From contig CAZVQB010000001.1 of NCBI GenBank assembly GCA_964629235.1, positions 4,431 through 68,430 of the forward strand: a stretch of 64,000 bases of DNA, given 5' to 3'. The notes beneath the pieces are model-generated. The model did no database searches, was not told the DNA's origin, and saw only the letters and a list, made by a program, of their open reading frames with translations. Position numbers and translations under genes: made by a program. Positions 27,991-38,602 of the stretch are shown piece after piece. The first letter of the stretch is position 1, and every line of letters begins with the position of its first letter. This stretch comes from an uncultured Candidatus Saccharibacteria bacterium (GTDB lineage: Bacteria > Patescibacteriota > Minisyncoccia > Phycocordibacterales > PALSA-1337).

Positions 27991-29211
27991 ATGAACAAAG
28001 AAAAATTTTCTAAAATATCTTATACAGCAATTGGAATACTATTAATCGTCATTATATTCTTTATAGGGAACATTTATGGTCAGAATAAAGGCAAAAATCA
28101 GGCACTACTTAGTCTTGCACCTGAAGGAGTAAATATTAAGAATGAACAACTAGAACCATTTTGGAAAGTCTGGGGAATAATAAATGATAAATATGTAGAG
28201 GCAACAACTACAGATACACAAAAGAGGATTTGGGGAGCAATATCAGGTCTAGCAAGTTCACAAGGTGATCCATATACAGTTTTCTTCCCACCTGAAGAGA
28301 GTAAATCATTTAAGAGTGATATAAGCGGTAACTTTGAAGGTGTAGGAATGGAAATCGCTATTAAAGATAAGTTTCTGACTGTTGTAACCCCTATAAAGAA
28401 CAGCCCCGCAGAAAAAGCCGGAGTAAAAGCAGGAGATAAAATCATAAAAATAGATGATAAAGTTGTAGCGGATCAGCCTGTTGATCAAGCAGTAAAGCTT
28501 ATTCGAGGCGCAAGAGGAACAAAAGTAAAGATTGTATTTATGAGAGAAGGAGTTACTGGCCCAATAGAGAAATCAATAGTTCGTGATGTGATAGATATAC
28601 CAACTATAGAAACAGAAGTTAAGTCTGATATATTTATTATAAAGCTATTCAGCTTCACTAGCCAGTCTCCAAATCTATTTAGAGATGCTCTTAGAGAATT
28701 CCTACAATCTGGTAAAAATAAATTAATTATTGACCTGAGAGGGAATCCAGGAGGATATCTAGATGCCGCTTGGGACATAGCTAGCTGGTTCTTACCAGCA
28801 GGCAAAGTGATCGTTACAGAAGATTTTGGCGGAAAAGGGGAGAATAGGGTTTTCCGAAGTAAGGGTTACGATGTAATGAATACATATTTTACTGGAGGTT
28901 ATAAAGTCGCAGTTCTGGTAGATGGTGGTTCAGCATCAGCAGCAGAAATCCTTGCTGGAGCACTGCAAGAACAAGGAGTTGCGAAGCTTGTTGGTACAAA
29001 GACATTCGGAAAAGGTTCTGTACAAGAACTTATAGAGATTACTCCAGAAACTTCATTGAAAGTAACTGTTGCTAGATGGTTAACTCCAAGTGGGCACAAC
29101 CTATCACACGATGGTTTGAACCCAGACTTCGTAATTCCTGTAACACCAAAAGATATCGAAACCAAGAACGATGTTCAGACTCAAAAAGCTATTGAAATTT
29201 TAACTAAATAA
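27991..29211 (+). CDS. ctpA: Carboxy-terminal processing protease (S41, PDZ)
   Basis: DPYT, PDZ domain, DLRGNPGG, SASAAEI, TFGKGSVQ. Confidence 0.93.
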   Translation: MNKEKFSKISYTAIGILLIVIIFFIGNIYGQNKGKNQALLSLAPEGVNIKNEQLEPFWKVWGIINDKYVEATTTDTQKRIWGAISGLASSQGDPYTVFFPPEESKSFKSDISGNFEGVGMEIAIKDKFLTVVTPIKNSPAEKAGVKAGDKIIKIDDKVVADQPVDQAVKLIRGARGTKVKIVFMREGVTGPIEKSIVRDVIDIPTIETEVKSDIFIIKLFSFTSQSPNLFRDALREFLQSGKNKLIIDLRGNPGGYLDAAWDIASWFLPAGKVIVTEDFGGKGENRVFRSKGYDVMNTYFTGGYKVAVLVDGGSASAAEILAGALQEQGVAKLVGTKTFGKGSVQELIEITPETSLKVTVARWLTPSGHNLSHDGLNPDFVIPVTPKDIETKNDVQTQKAIEILTK

Positions 29212-29226
29212 GTTTAGTATAATCAT

Positions 29227-29670
29227 ATGAAAATAATATTATTGAAAGATGTTGCCAAGGTTGGAAAGAAATTTGATGTTAAAGAGATAAGCGAAGGATA
29301 TGCACACAATCTACTTATCCCAAAGGGTCTAGCTATTGCAGCTACTCCAGATGCATTGAAGAGAATTGATATTGAAAAGGCTCGAGATGAAGGAGAAAGA
29401 AAGATAAGACACGAACTTCTAGTAAAGAATTTAAAGGATCTTGATGGGGTTACAATCACTATGCTTGAAAAGGCAAATGACAAGGGCCACCTTTTTGCTG
29501 GAATTCATAAAGCAGAGATCATCCCTGAAATCCAAAAACAAACTAGAATCCAGATTGATGCAGAGCATATGGTTCTTGATAAACCAATCAAAGAGTTAGG
29601 AATGCATGTTATTGAGGTTAAAGTAGAGAATAAGAGTGCGAAGTTCAATCTAGACGTACAGGCAAAGTAA
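29227..29670 (+). CDS. rplI: 50S ribosomal protein L9
   Basis: MKIILLKDV..VGK, GYAHNLLIPKG, LFAG, PIKELG. Confidence 0.96.
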   Translation: MKIILLKDVAKVGKKFDVKEISEGYAHNLLIPKGLAIAATPDALKRIDIEKARDEGERKIRHELLVKNLKDLDGVTITMLEKANDKGHLFAGIHKAEIIPEIQKQTRIQIDAEHMVLDKPIKELGMHVIEVKVENKSAKFNLDVQAK

Positions 29671-29739
29671 TAGGGGATATAGACAAAATATCAAAAAGTG
29701 AGTAAAAACAAAAAACCGATTATCTCGGTTTTTTGCTGT

Positions 29740-30012
29740 TTATATTACATTTACGATTTTCTTTCTTTTAATAGTATTATCGAAATGCGTCTTTCTCTTT
29801 GTTCCAAACTCTACCTTACCGTCCTTTAAAGCAAATAGGGTATGATCCTTACCCATACCTATATTCTTGCCTGGGATAACGTCTGTACCTCTTTGTCGCA
29901 CGATAATTGAGCCTACAGTGACTGATTCACCGTGATTTACCTTAACTCCCAGGTATTTGGGATTAGAATCTCTACCGTTTGCGGTCGATCCACCTGATTT
30001 CTTGGTTGCCAT
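29740..30012 (-). CDS. rpmA: 50S ribosomal protein L27
   Basis: [32 protein letters not shown]. Confidence 0.97.
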   Translation of the reverse strand: MATKKSGGSTANGRDSNPKYLGVKVNHGESVTVGSIIVRQRGTDVIPGKNIGMGKDHTLFALKDGKVEFGTKRKTHFDNTIKRKKIVNVI

Positions 30013-30073
30013 AGTGGGAACAGTATATACCAATATGGGTATTTAATGCAAGCCCATAGGCCTATTTTAGCTA

Positions 30074-30150
30074 TTGACATTTTAGACAATAAATGCTAAT
30101 ATATATAGCAATAACGAGATTACGTTGATTCATATCAATATAGTCTCGTT
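30074..30150 (+). promoter_or_regulatory. Promoter and 5' UTR stem-loop of the transglycosylase-like gene
   Basis: TTGACA-17-TAATAT, then AACGAGATTA..TTGAT-TCAT-ATCAA..TAGTCTCGTT hairpin. Confidence 0.55.
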
Positions 30151-30159
30151 TTAAATTAT

Positions 30160-30615
30160 ATGATTGAACTTACAACAGGTATCATGTTTCTTATGTCCTC
30201 AATGTACGGAGCAGGTAGTTATTCGGTAAATGCTGTAAATTTTCAACCATTAACAGCTACTACTTCGAAAAATACTGCTGCAGCTATAGATAGTATGGAT
30301 AGAGCAGCACTTGAAAAATATCTAAGAGAACACTTTGCTGATACACCTATCCTTGTTGAAATCGCTAGATGTGAATCAACATTTAGACAATTCGATAAAG
30401 ACGGTAAGGTTATCAGAGGTAAGGTAAACAGTGCAGACGTAGGTGTTATGCAAATAAATGAAAAGTACCATCTAGAAACTGCAAAGAAACTTGGTTTAGA
30501 CATACACACAGTAGACGGTAACATAGCTTATGCTAAGTATCTTTACTCAAAGTATGGAGCTGAACCATGGAGTGCATCATCACCATGTTGGGGGAATGCA
30601 GTTGCAGTTAAATAA
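30160..30615 (+). CDS. Secreted lysozyme-like / lytic transglycosylase (SLT/Rpf-like) protein
   Basis: IARCES catalytic Glu, GVMQIN, NIAYAKYLY, PW. Confidence 0.8.
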   Translation: MIELTTGIMFLMSSMYGAGSYSVNAVNFQPLTATTSKNTAAAIDSMDRAALEKYLREHFADTPILVEIARCESTFRQFDKDGKVIRGKVNSADVGVMQINEKYHLETAKKLGLDIHTVDGNIAYAKYLYSKYGAEPWSASSPCWGNAVAVK

Positions 30616-30684
30616 ATATAAACAAAAGCCGGCCTAGCCGGTTTTTGTTTTGTGGGTTATCATGGATATAGAAAGGAGGTAATT

Positions 30685-30795
30685 GTGAAAATCAAATTAT
30701 CTAGAATATTGGCTCCATTGAATCCCGACACAGCTATTGGTATCATCATGCTTTGTATTATCTGCACAATCATATATGCAGTGTTTTATTTTTGA
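30685..30795 (+). CDS. Small single-TM peptide, 36 aa (MKIKLSRILAPLNPDTAIGIIMLCIICTIIYAVFYF)
   Basis: Strong SD GAAAGGAGGT before GTG; terminator 30809-30840. Confidence 0.6.
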   Translation: MKIKLSRILAPLNPDTAIGIIMLCIICTIIYAVFYF

Positions 30796-30843
30796 TCAGA
30801 AAAAATAAAAACCAGCTACTCTACTGAAGTAGCTGGTTTTGTT

Positions 30844-31266
30844 TTAATCTTGGAATCGTGTAGGTGATTCTGTTGAATCATTATGCAGAAAGTACATTGA
30901 GATCAAGGTCCGTGTTGGACTAAGGATGATGCTACCGTTCTTACCTTTGATATTGACCAGTTTTTTCGGTAAGACTCCTCTCCAGTCGATGATTCTCAAA
31001 AGTGATTTTCTACTGATACCACTTATCAAGAATTTACCATGATCACTTCCGGAAAAAGAGATGAAATCAGTGATTGAAATTTCTCTCCAACAACCGATGA
31101 GTTGCCAGTACCGAATAAGAGACCAGATCACTAATCGATGGAATCTTATCGGCATTAGTTTATCGAAACCCTTAGGTTCGCAACTAGTTGAGAGATGCCG
31201 TGGCAAAATCGGATATTTCTGCACGGTCGATATTTTAATTCGTGGCATATTATTCCTTCTGAACAT
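30844..31266 (-). CDS. Orphan hypothetical protein
   Basis: 140-aa ORF ending at the bidirectional hairpin 30809-30840. Confidence 0.5.
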   Translation of the reverse strand: MFRRNNMPRIKISTVQKYPILPRHLSTSCEPKGFDKLMPIRFHRLVIWSLIRYWQLIGCWREISITDFISFSGSDHGKFLISGISRKSLLRIIDWRGVLPKKLVNIKGKNGSIILSPTRTLISMYFLHNDSTESPTRFQD

Positions 31267-31558
31267 AAACTACCATAGTTATTTTTTATTATCTAGTGCA
31301 AGATATATTGTTGCACACCAGGGCAGGGAATTTAGCTCAAAATTAGACCCAGTCTTCCCCGATTCATTTTTTAATAAAAGGCACATGACATGCAGGGTAG
31401 AGAATAAGTAAATAAAAATGTATTAAATATAAAATATTTGTAGATTATTTTATCTATAGAAATATATTTATTAAATAATTTAATGCATACTAAGTATCAA
31501 TGGGTGATAGGTTTCCAGACCTTTTCTCCTCTATATACAACGTCGCACAATATATCTT

Positions 31559-31882
31559 TTACGCAATGTATAGGGCTAAAATACTGCCCCGATATATAGA
31601 AAAAAGCACCTTATGGTTGGTGCTTAATTCTTCTTTTACTGTTCCCTGCATCTTTTCATCTAATTTCTTTAGTGTTGGACTCCATACATATTTTATAAAT
31701 ACTTCTTTCCAAATAAATTCTGCTGGAATTTTTAAATATTTATTCCAAACAATAACTGTAAGTTCTTTAGCGAAATTAATGTTATTTTGAGCTGCAGTGT
31801 TTTCTAGAGCCTTTTTAACGTCAAAACCAAGGTTACCTAGTATGATGAGACCTATTAAAGCAATTATTAGCCACTTGATCAT
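31559..31882 (-). CDS. Hypothetical membrane-anchored protein
   Basis: N-terminal TM (IIALIGLIILG.LGFD), amphipathic helices; -10-like motif just before ATG. Confidence 0.65.
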   Translation of the reverse strand: MIKWLIIALIGLIILGNLGFDVKKALENTAAQNNINFAKELTVIVWNKYLKIPAEFIWKEVFIKYVWSPTLKKLDEKMQGTVKEELSTNHKVLFSIYRGSILALYIA

Positions 31883-31910
31883 AATATGCGAGTATTATAT
31901 CACTTATTTT

Positions 31911-33215
31911 TTATTTGCAATTAAGAATAGATCTGACAACTTTTCTATCGTCCCAGGGGATTGATTTGCCATCAATAATCATTGATTGTTCAGCTCCTTT
32001 GCCAGTTATAAGGACAATATCATCAGTCTTTGCGAGATTAAAAGCTTTTTCAATTGCTGTTTTACGATCTTCAATTGTAAATAAGTCTTTATTTCTAATT
32101 TTACCGAATTTCTCCGCGACAACGGCGATATCTTCAATAATCTCTTTAGGATCATCTTCATAAGGATCAACGTTCGCAACTATCACATAATCAGCCAGTT
32201 TGGCTGAAATTTCGCCCATAAGAGGTCTTTTTGCTTTATCGCGACCCCCACCTTCAGCACCCAGAAGAACGATTATCTTTGAACCAGGTTTGCGAATAGA
32301 AACTGCGGTTTGTAATAGATTAGTCATACTTTCTTTTTCATGAGCATAATCCACAACTACTGTAAAATCTTGGCCTTCATTTATTATTTCCATTCTTCCT
32401 GGTATAAGTTCAAGGTGTTTTAGACCTTTTCTTATATCAGTTTTATCTATATTAAAGAGCTTCGAAATCGCAATCGCCGGTAGGGCATTGTAAATATTGA
32501 ATTTACCTAGAATTTTTGTTTCATACTCTTCCCCATTTACATCAAATTTTACTCCTGTTTTTGTATTTGAAATATTTTCTGCTTTATAATCTGAATTTTT
32601 ATTTATTGAAAAAGAAATTTTTTCATCAGATTTAAAGCTAGAATAATATTCAGCATGATCGCTATCACTATTTGTGATAATTACTTTCTTAACTTCATCG
32701 CCGGCGACTATTTTTCTAAAACTTGAAATCAAATCTTTAAAAATAATCCCCTTTGTCTGTTTATATTTTTCAAAACTATTATCGTGAGATGGTAAATGTT
32801 CTGGGAAAAGGTTTGTAAACACTAAGATATCGTAACTAATACCTATATTTCTGTGCTGTTTTATACCTTCTGATGTAGTCTCGATAATGCAGAATCTACA
32901 TCCTTGTTTTGCCATATCTGACATTAGGCTTTGTATTACAAATCTTCCAGGCATAGTCATATGATATTTATTCATACTCTCTGTCTCACCGATTCTTATA
33001 TTTGCTGTACTTATTATTCCAGTTTTATATCCTCCAGCAGTTAAACATGACCAAATAAAGTTTATTGTAGAGGTCTTCCCTTTTGTACCCGTAACACCTA
33101 TTACGATCATTTTTTTTGAAGGGAAACTATAGATCAAAGCACTTAGAATTGCTGATGAATAGTAGTAAATATCAAAAATTTTATATGGAATAATTTTTTT
33201 AATTTTATTTTTCAT
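31911..33215 (-). CDS. murE: UDP-N-acetylmuramoyl-tripeptide ligase
   Basis: GVTGTKGKTS, ETTSEG, FTNL.PEHL, VVDYAH, GGRDKAKRP, TGKGAE. Confidence 0.92.
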   Translation of the reverse strand: MKNKIKKIIPYKIFDIYYYSSAILSALIYSFPSKKMIVIGVTGTKGKTSTINFIWSCLTAGGYKTGIISTANIRIGETESMNKYHMTMPGRFVIQSLMSDMAKQGCRFCIIETTSEGIKQHRNIGISYDILVFTNLFPEHLPSHDNSFEKYKQTKGIIFKDLISSFRKIVAGDEVKKVIITNSDSDHAEYYSSFKSDEKISFSINKNSDYKAENISNTKTGVKFDVNGEEYETKILGKFNIYNALPAIAISKLFNIDKTDIRKGLKHLELIPGRMEIINEGQDFTVVVDYAHEKESMTNLLQTAVSIRKPGSKIIVLLGAEGGGRDKAKRPLMGEISAKLADYVIVANVDPYEDDPKEIIEDIAVVAEKFGKIRNKDLFTIEDRKTAIEKAFNLAKTDDIVLITGKGAEQSMIIDGKSIPWDDRKVVRSILNCK

Positions 33216-34240
33216 AATTTTATTCTTTTAATTATTTTTCTAAAATTATATAGATTGTACCAGAATGTCTGTTCAATATGATCATAAAAAACAGAGTGAA
33301 TAACCTCCTCTCCTCCGAATTTCTTTTTAAATGCTGTTATACCCTCCCAGCCTGATTTACTCATCTTTTCATCTGTTATAGCACCAAAATTGTAATGAGT
33401 ACAGCCAATTCTTTTTGATTCAATGATAGCTTTCCATTGAGCGAGATATGCTGGCATTCTATTCCTTTCTTCATTACTTGAAGCGCCAAAAACATAGTTT
33501 GCTATGCCACCAAATGGAATAACAAGATCTATTGCAAGAACTTTTCCATAAAAACTTGCAACTGACAAAAAGGAATTTTGAATCTTCGGTAAGTCATTAA
33601 AGATGATCTGATAATATTGTTTATCATGAATACTAAAACCGTTTCTTTTTGCTGTTACATTCATTAATTCATAGAAATTATCGAAGTATTTTTGGAAATC
33701 CTTATTTATTATTTCGACTTTAATATCTTTTCGCTCTGATAGACGAATAGAATATCTAGTTTTCTCGTGCATATTCATAAGTATTTCATCCAAACTTTTA
33801 TCGAGTTTTAAAAACCATTCAAGTCTCGGTTGGAAATACGCTGAATAATAACTATATTTTGGAGATTTTTTAAAAAACTTTTGTATAGTATTTTCTGGAA
33901 TACTAGGTGTAAAATCAAATCTTGTAAAAACAATATTATTTTCTTTAGATAACTTTGAAATAAAATCCTTCAGAGCTTTCAAGAAATCTTCAGTAATATC
34001 TGTAGTTATAGGGCCGTATGGTATATAGAAATATGATTTATTAAAAAATAACTTGTATTTTATTATTTGAAAATATGCAATTTTTTTATTATTTTTTTTA
34101 ACTATAAACCTTTTTACTTCTCGATTCATTTTTTCTTGCCATTTTCCATAGAAAATTGCTTGGGTAAAGGGCGTACCTTGCACAATAGTATTTGGGTCAA
34201 AATCTTCCTCTTTTAATTCTATAAATTCGTAGGATTTCAT
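33212..34240 (-). CDS. FemABX-family peptidoglycan bridge peptidyltransferase
   Basis: YIPYGP, KTRYSIR, YVFGASS, YLAQW, GITAFKKKFGG. Confidence 0.9.
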   Translation of the reverse strand: MKSYEFIELKEEDFDPNTIVQGTPFTQAIFYGKWQEKMNREVKRFIVKKNNKKIAYFQIIKYKLFFNKSYFYIPYGPITTDITEDFLKALKDFISKLSKENNIVFTRFDFTPSIPENTIQKFFKKSPKYSYYSAYFQPRLEWFLKLDKSLDEILMNMHEKTRYSIRLSERKDIKVEIINKDFQKYFDNFYELMNVTAKRNGFSIHDKQYYQIIFNDLPKIQNSFLSVASFYGKVLAIDLVIPFGGIANYVFGASSNEERNRMPAYLAQWKAIIESKRIGCTHYNFGAITDEKMSKSGWEGITAFKKKFGGEEVIHSVFYDHIEQTFWYNLYNFRKIIKRIKL

Positions 34241-34261
34241 CGTTAAATTATATATTAGAAA

Positions 34262-35533
34262 TTATAGATAAGATAATGGGTTTAGGTAAGCCTTTGTATC
34301 AGAAAGTGGTAGTACAACATTTCTACAATTTATACTTGTTGGTATAGTACCGATTCGAACTCCTTCTGAAGCATACACTCCGAAATGAAGGTGAGGGCCA
34401 GTAGAATTACCGGTATTTCCACTATAACCAATCTTCTCCCCTACTGAAACTTGTTGGCCTTTTACAACAGATATTAGTGATAAGTGACCATAAAGAGTTG
34501 TGAGGCCATTTGGGTGTTTTATCATTATCCATTTACCATAAGAAAGACATCGTCCGATGCTTGTATTACCAGCTCCTAGTACAACACCTTCCATGGCCGC
34601 CTTCACTGGTGTTCCTATGGGCGTTCCAAAATCTATACCATTGTGGCCGCTACCTTTATAGACTTGAGGATTTTTTGTTGCAAATTCTGTATTGCCGAAA
34701 TATTGTGTGATTCTCACATTATCTAAAGGCCATTTTAATATTCCTTTTCCAACACTTGGTATACTACTTGGATCAATTGCAATCTTCAAAGCGGATTCGA
34801 ATTCAAAAACTTCTCTTTCATAAAGTTTTTTCTGTGCTTCTCTAGCTGCTAGTATCTTTTTATAGTTTGCTTCAGTATTTTTTGTCTCAGTTAAAATAGA
34901 ATTTTTTTCTTTTACCGTTTCAGCAACTATCTTTGTTTGATCTTTAAGGTTATTTGTCAAAATTACCAATTCAGATTTTTTCTTTTCAGTTAATTTTTTA
35001 TTTTCCTCAAGATTTGTTTTTAAATCCTCTAACTCTTTTATTTTATCCTGCATATTTGTTTGCAAAGTAACTAGCTCATCTGTATCTTTCCAAAAATCTG
35101 AAAAAGTATTCTTACCCAATAAACTTTCAATTGTTGAAGCTGAATTCATTTGATTTATATCAAAAAAAGATCTTGATATAATTCTTCTTGCATCAACTAT
35201 ACGATCACTTTTATCACCGATTTGGAATGACAATTCTTTTATTTCAAGATTCTTTGCTGCGATTTTGTTTTCAGTTATTTTTGTATCAGCTTCAAGTTTC
35301 TTTTTTGAAATATCGAGAGATTTTACTGTATTACTCAAACTATCTTTCTCTTTACCTAATGCCTCGATATCAGTTTGATATTGTTTTATCTCTTGCTCAA
35401 GTCTATTTATTGCTTCGTTTCTATCTGATATTTTACTTTTTAATTCATCAATTGACTGCGCCTTTACTATTGAGGCACATGGTATTAGAAACGCTATAGA
35501 AAATATTAATATTTTAAAGTAGTTCATAAGCAA
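34262..35533 (-). CDS. M23 peptidase with N-terminal coiled coil (EnvC/MepM-like)
   Basis: Signal peptide, long coiled coil, HNGIDF, TLYGHLS, STGPHLHF. Confidence 0.92.
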   Translation of the reverse strand: MLMNYFKILIFSIAFLIPCASIVKAQSIDELKSKISDRNEAINRLEQEIKQYQTDIEALGKEKDSLSNTVKSLDISKKKLEADTKITENKIAAKNLEIKELSFQIGDKSDRIVDARRIISRSFFDINQMNSASTIESLLGKNTFSDFWKDTDELVTLQTNMQDKIKELEDLKTNLEENKKLTEKKKSELVILTNNLKDQTKIVAETVKEKNSILTETKNTEANYKKILAAREAQKKLYEREVFEFESALKIAIDPSSIPSVGKGILKWPLDNVRITQYFGNTEFATKNPQVYKGSGHNGIDFGTPIGTPVKAAMEGVVLGAGNTSIGRCLSYGKWIMIKHPNGLTTLYGHLSLISVVKGQQVSVGEKIGYSGNTGNSTGPHLHFGVYASEGVRIGTIPTSINCRNVVLPLSDTKAYLNPLSYL

Positions 35534-36833
35534 ATTTGAGTCTCTTTATCGTCTCTTGTTTGCCTAGAATTTCTGAAATTATAAATGGGTCTGGCGACTT
35601 TTCTTTTCCTGACAATGCAAATCTCATTGGCCATAAGATATTACCTTTGCCTTTTTCTTCAGCTAAAGGCCATAGAATATTTTTTACACTTTCTTTTGAG
35701 AAGTCATCGATACTGTTTAACTTTTCTATTATCATCTTTAAATACTCTTTTGTATTCACCAAGTCTTTTTCTTGTTTCCACTTTAGTGATTCCTTATCAT
35801 AACTACCAACTCCATCTACAAAAGACAATTCACCATTTAATAGTGCTTCTATTTCTCCAAAATAACTAATTTTTTCTTTTATTAAGGGTAGTATTTTATT
35901 TGGAATATCTTTTGAAATAAAATTCTTTGCATAAACAGAAAATTCTATATCAGACATTTTTGAAATGTATTGTTTGTTGAACCAATTTAGTTTTTCAATA
36001 TTAAAAACTGCTCCAGCTTTTTGTATTTTTGAAATATCAAAAGCTTGTATCAATTCTTCAATACTAAAAATCTCTTGTTCTGTTCCCGGATTCCAACCAA
36101 GTAAAGCAAGATAGTTTATAAGCGCTTGAGGTAGATAGCCATTCTTCTCATATTCAGTAACACTTACAGCACCATGACGACCCGATAGCTTTGACTTATC
36201 TGGGGCTAAAATCAGTGGTAAATGGGCATAAATTGGCTTTGGAGCCCCTATTCCTTGCTGAATGAGGATTTGTCTAGGGGTATTGGAAATTCCATCATCA
36301 CCGCGAATTATATGAGTAATTCCCATTTCAAAGTCATCTACTACCACAGTTAGATGATATAAAGGTTCATCAATATTTCTAGCAATAATAAAATCACCAA
36401 GTTCAGTAGTATCGAATGTAATATCACCTCTTATAAGATCAGTAAAAGTAATCTTTGTATTTGGATTTTTAAAACGGACTACTTCATTTTCTTGTCCTGC
36501 TTTTTCACCTTCCTCTATTTTTTCTTTTGATAAATAGGCTTTATTCTCATCAACCAATTTTCTTAGATATTTTTTATAGATTTCAGTTCTTTCACTTTGC
36601 CTTTCAATAACTTCATTGTCCCAAGAAATACCTAGCCATTTTAAACTTTCAATCATTGAATCTTCATATTCTTTTTTTGATCTAGTTCTATCTGTATCTT
36701 CCAAACGAAAAACCATTTTACCATCATTCTTCTTTGCAAAAAGATAGTTAAAAAGTGCTGTTCTTGCTCGTCCAATATGTAAAAAACCTGTAGGACTTGG
36801 AGGAAATCTAGTTATAACTTTATTATTTTTCAT
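35514..36833 (-). CDS. gltX: Glutamate--tRNA ligase
   Basis: RFPPSPTGFLHIG, THIIRGDD, KLSGR, LALLGWN. Confidence 0.96.
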   Translation of the reverse strand: MKNNKVITRFPPSPTGFLHIGRARTALFNYLFAKKNDGKMVFRLEDTDRTRSKKEYEDSMIESLKWLGISWDNEVIERQSERTEIYKKYLRKLVDENKAYLSKEKIEEGEKAGQENEVVRFKNPNTKITFTDLIRGDITFDTTELGDFIIARNIDEPLYHLTVVVDDFEMGITHIIRGDDGISNTPRQILIQQGIGAPKPIYAHLPLILAPDKSKLSGRHGAVSVTEYEKNGYLPQALINYLALLGWNPGTEQEIFSIEELIQAFDISKIQKAGAVFNIEKLNWFNKQYISKMSDIEFSVYAKNFISKDIPNKILPLIKEKISYFGEIEALLNGELSFVDGVGSYDKESLKWKQEKDLVNTKEYLKMIIEKLNSIDDFSKESVKNILWPLAEEKGKGNILWPMRFALSGKEKSPDPFIISEILGKQETIKRLKFAYELL

Positions 36834-36894
36834 TGGAGACTATTATAGCAAAAAAGTACCTTTTACGGTACTTTTTTGTTTTGAAGAATTTTTA

Positions 36895-37404
36895 TTATCC
36901 CTTTATCTCTGTAACACTTGTACTTGCACGGAATGTCTTCATTATATCATTTCCTGAAGCATCTTTTACAGGCATATCTTTTGCTGAATCAAAAACTTTA
37001 TTTCCATCTGTATCAGCATAGATTACAGCGTAATACAATGAGCCCTCAGTAGTTGAACTCTTTAGAGTTACCTTTCCTGGGTTTATACCCTTATCAAAGT
37101 ATTGAGAACCGATTATATCTCCTGGTGTTCCTGATTTATCCTTCTTGATAACTACGAAACCTGGGTTTGATAGTTGAACTGAAGATAAATAAACTATATT
37201 ACCTGGAAATTGATCTGTTACAACAACTCGATTTGTATTCTTTGCATCAGTTGATGATACATCTTCTGTTGTCTGTGTATCATCCATTACAGTCTTAACA
37301 TCACTTCCTTTAAACATATAATAACCTACTAGGATCAAAGCGATAATTACAATCACTGTAACTACCCATTGCCATGTTTTTACTCCATTTGATTCTGGTT
37401 GCAT
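36895..37404 (-). CDS. Hypothetical single-TM protein with extracellular beta domain
   Basis: TM 12-31, DQFPG, PGFVVI, DTDGNKVFD Ca-binding-like loop. Confidence 0.7.
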   Translation of the reverse strand: MQPESNGVKTWQWVVTVIVIIALILVGYYMFKGSDVKTVMDDTQTTEDVSSTDAKNTNRVVVTDQFPGNIVYLSSVQLSNPGFVVIKKDKSGTPGDIIGSQYFDKGINPGKVTLKSSTTEGSLYYAVIYADTDGNKVFDSAKDMPVKDASGNDIMKTFRASTSVTEIKG

Positions 37405-37456
37405 AATTTTATTTGCTGCGCTGATAATTACTTATGAGGCTATTATACCACAACCA

Positions 37457-38593
37457 CTACTCATGTTTCAAGGCAATTTCTAGTATTGCTTCTGATATTT
37501 TTTGTGCTGCATCCAGGCGACTGAAGGCTTTTGCCTCTTGACTCATCCTTTCTTTTAATCTCTGATTATTTAAAATTCTATCAATTTCTGATATTAGAAT
37601 GTGTGAACTTAAATTGTGTTCTTCGACTACAACACAAGAACCGCTACTTGCATAAGCGAAAGCGTTTTTTACTTGATCATGACTTACCTCTTTTGATAAA
37701 GGTACTATGATAGAAGGCACTCCCCACGCAGCAATTTCAAATATTGTTGAACCAGCTCTTGATATAACAAGACCTGAAATACCAGCAGACATTCTAATCT
37801 GTAAATCATTCATATAGTCGAAAGGATGATATCTAGATGCTAGAGGATTGTCTTTTAAGACGATTGATATGGTCTCTTTTACTAATTCAAAATTGTTACG
37901 ACCTGTTTGATGTATAATTTGATAATTTTTTACTAATTCATTTGCACTATCGATAATCACGTCATTAATAAGTTGTGAACCTTGTGATCCACCCATAACG
38001 AATATCGTTGGTATATTCTCTTCAAGATTAAGAAATTCTGCAGCACCTTGTGTAAGCGGTTGCATAATCTCTTTTCGTATCGGGTTACCTGTGAATGCAA
38101 CCTTGCCTTCTTTCTTTTGTTTTGAGAATGAATCAGAGACTTCTGGATATGAGACTGCGATCTTTTTCGCAAATTTTGCTGCCCACTTATTTACCCTTCC
38201 TGGAGTGCTATCAGATTCGTGAATAATAACTGGAATCTGTAGCAATCGCGCAGCAAATAATGCTGGGAAACTTGCATAACCACCTTTTGCAAACACCACA
38301 TCAGGATATATACTGTAAAGTTTGACAATTGCAATCAAAACTCCATAAATAGTCTTAAAAATATCTGTAAAATTTAAAAAAGAAAAATATCTTCTTATCT
38401 TCCCTGCAGGCACTGGGATAAATTCAATTTCATTATCAAAAAGAGCTCGAGCATTGTATTTTGTTGGAGACATAAAATACAACTTCGGTGGAATAAGTTT
38501 TTTTTCTTTTACTTTATCATTTATTGCTTGAGCAACGGCAATAATTGGATAAAAATGTCCTCCTGTTCCACCTCCTGCAAATAGTATTTTCAT
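37457..38593 (-). CDS. murG: MurG GlcNAc transferase
   Basis: GGGTGGHFYP, KGGYAS, HESD, GNPIR, GGSQGS, ISRAG, DQVKNA. Confidence 0.96.
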   Translation of the reverse strand: MKILFAGGGTGGHFYPIIAVAQAINDKVKEKKLIPPKLYFMSPTKYNARALFDNEIEFIPVPAGKIRRYFSFLNFTDIFKTIYGVLIAIVKLYSIYPDVVFAKGGYASFPALFAARLLQIPVIIHESDSTPGRVNKWAAKFAKKIAVSYPEVSDSFSKQKKEGKVAFTGNPIRKEIMQPLTQGAAEFLNLEENIPTIFVMGGSQGSQLINDVIIDSANELVKNYQIIHQTGRNNFELVKETISIVLKDNPLASRYHPFDYMNDLQIRMSAGISGLVISRAGSTIFEIAAWGVPSIIVPLSKEVSHDQVKNAFAYASSGSCVVVEEHNLSSHILISEIDRILNNQRLKERMSQEAKAFSRLDAAQKISEAILEIALKHE

Positions 38594-38602
38594 TTTTTTA
38601 TT

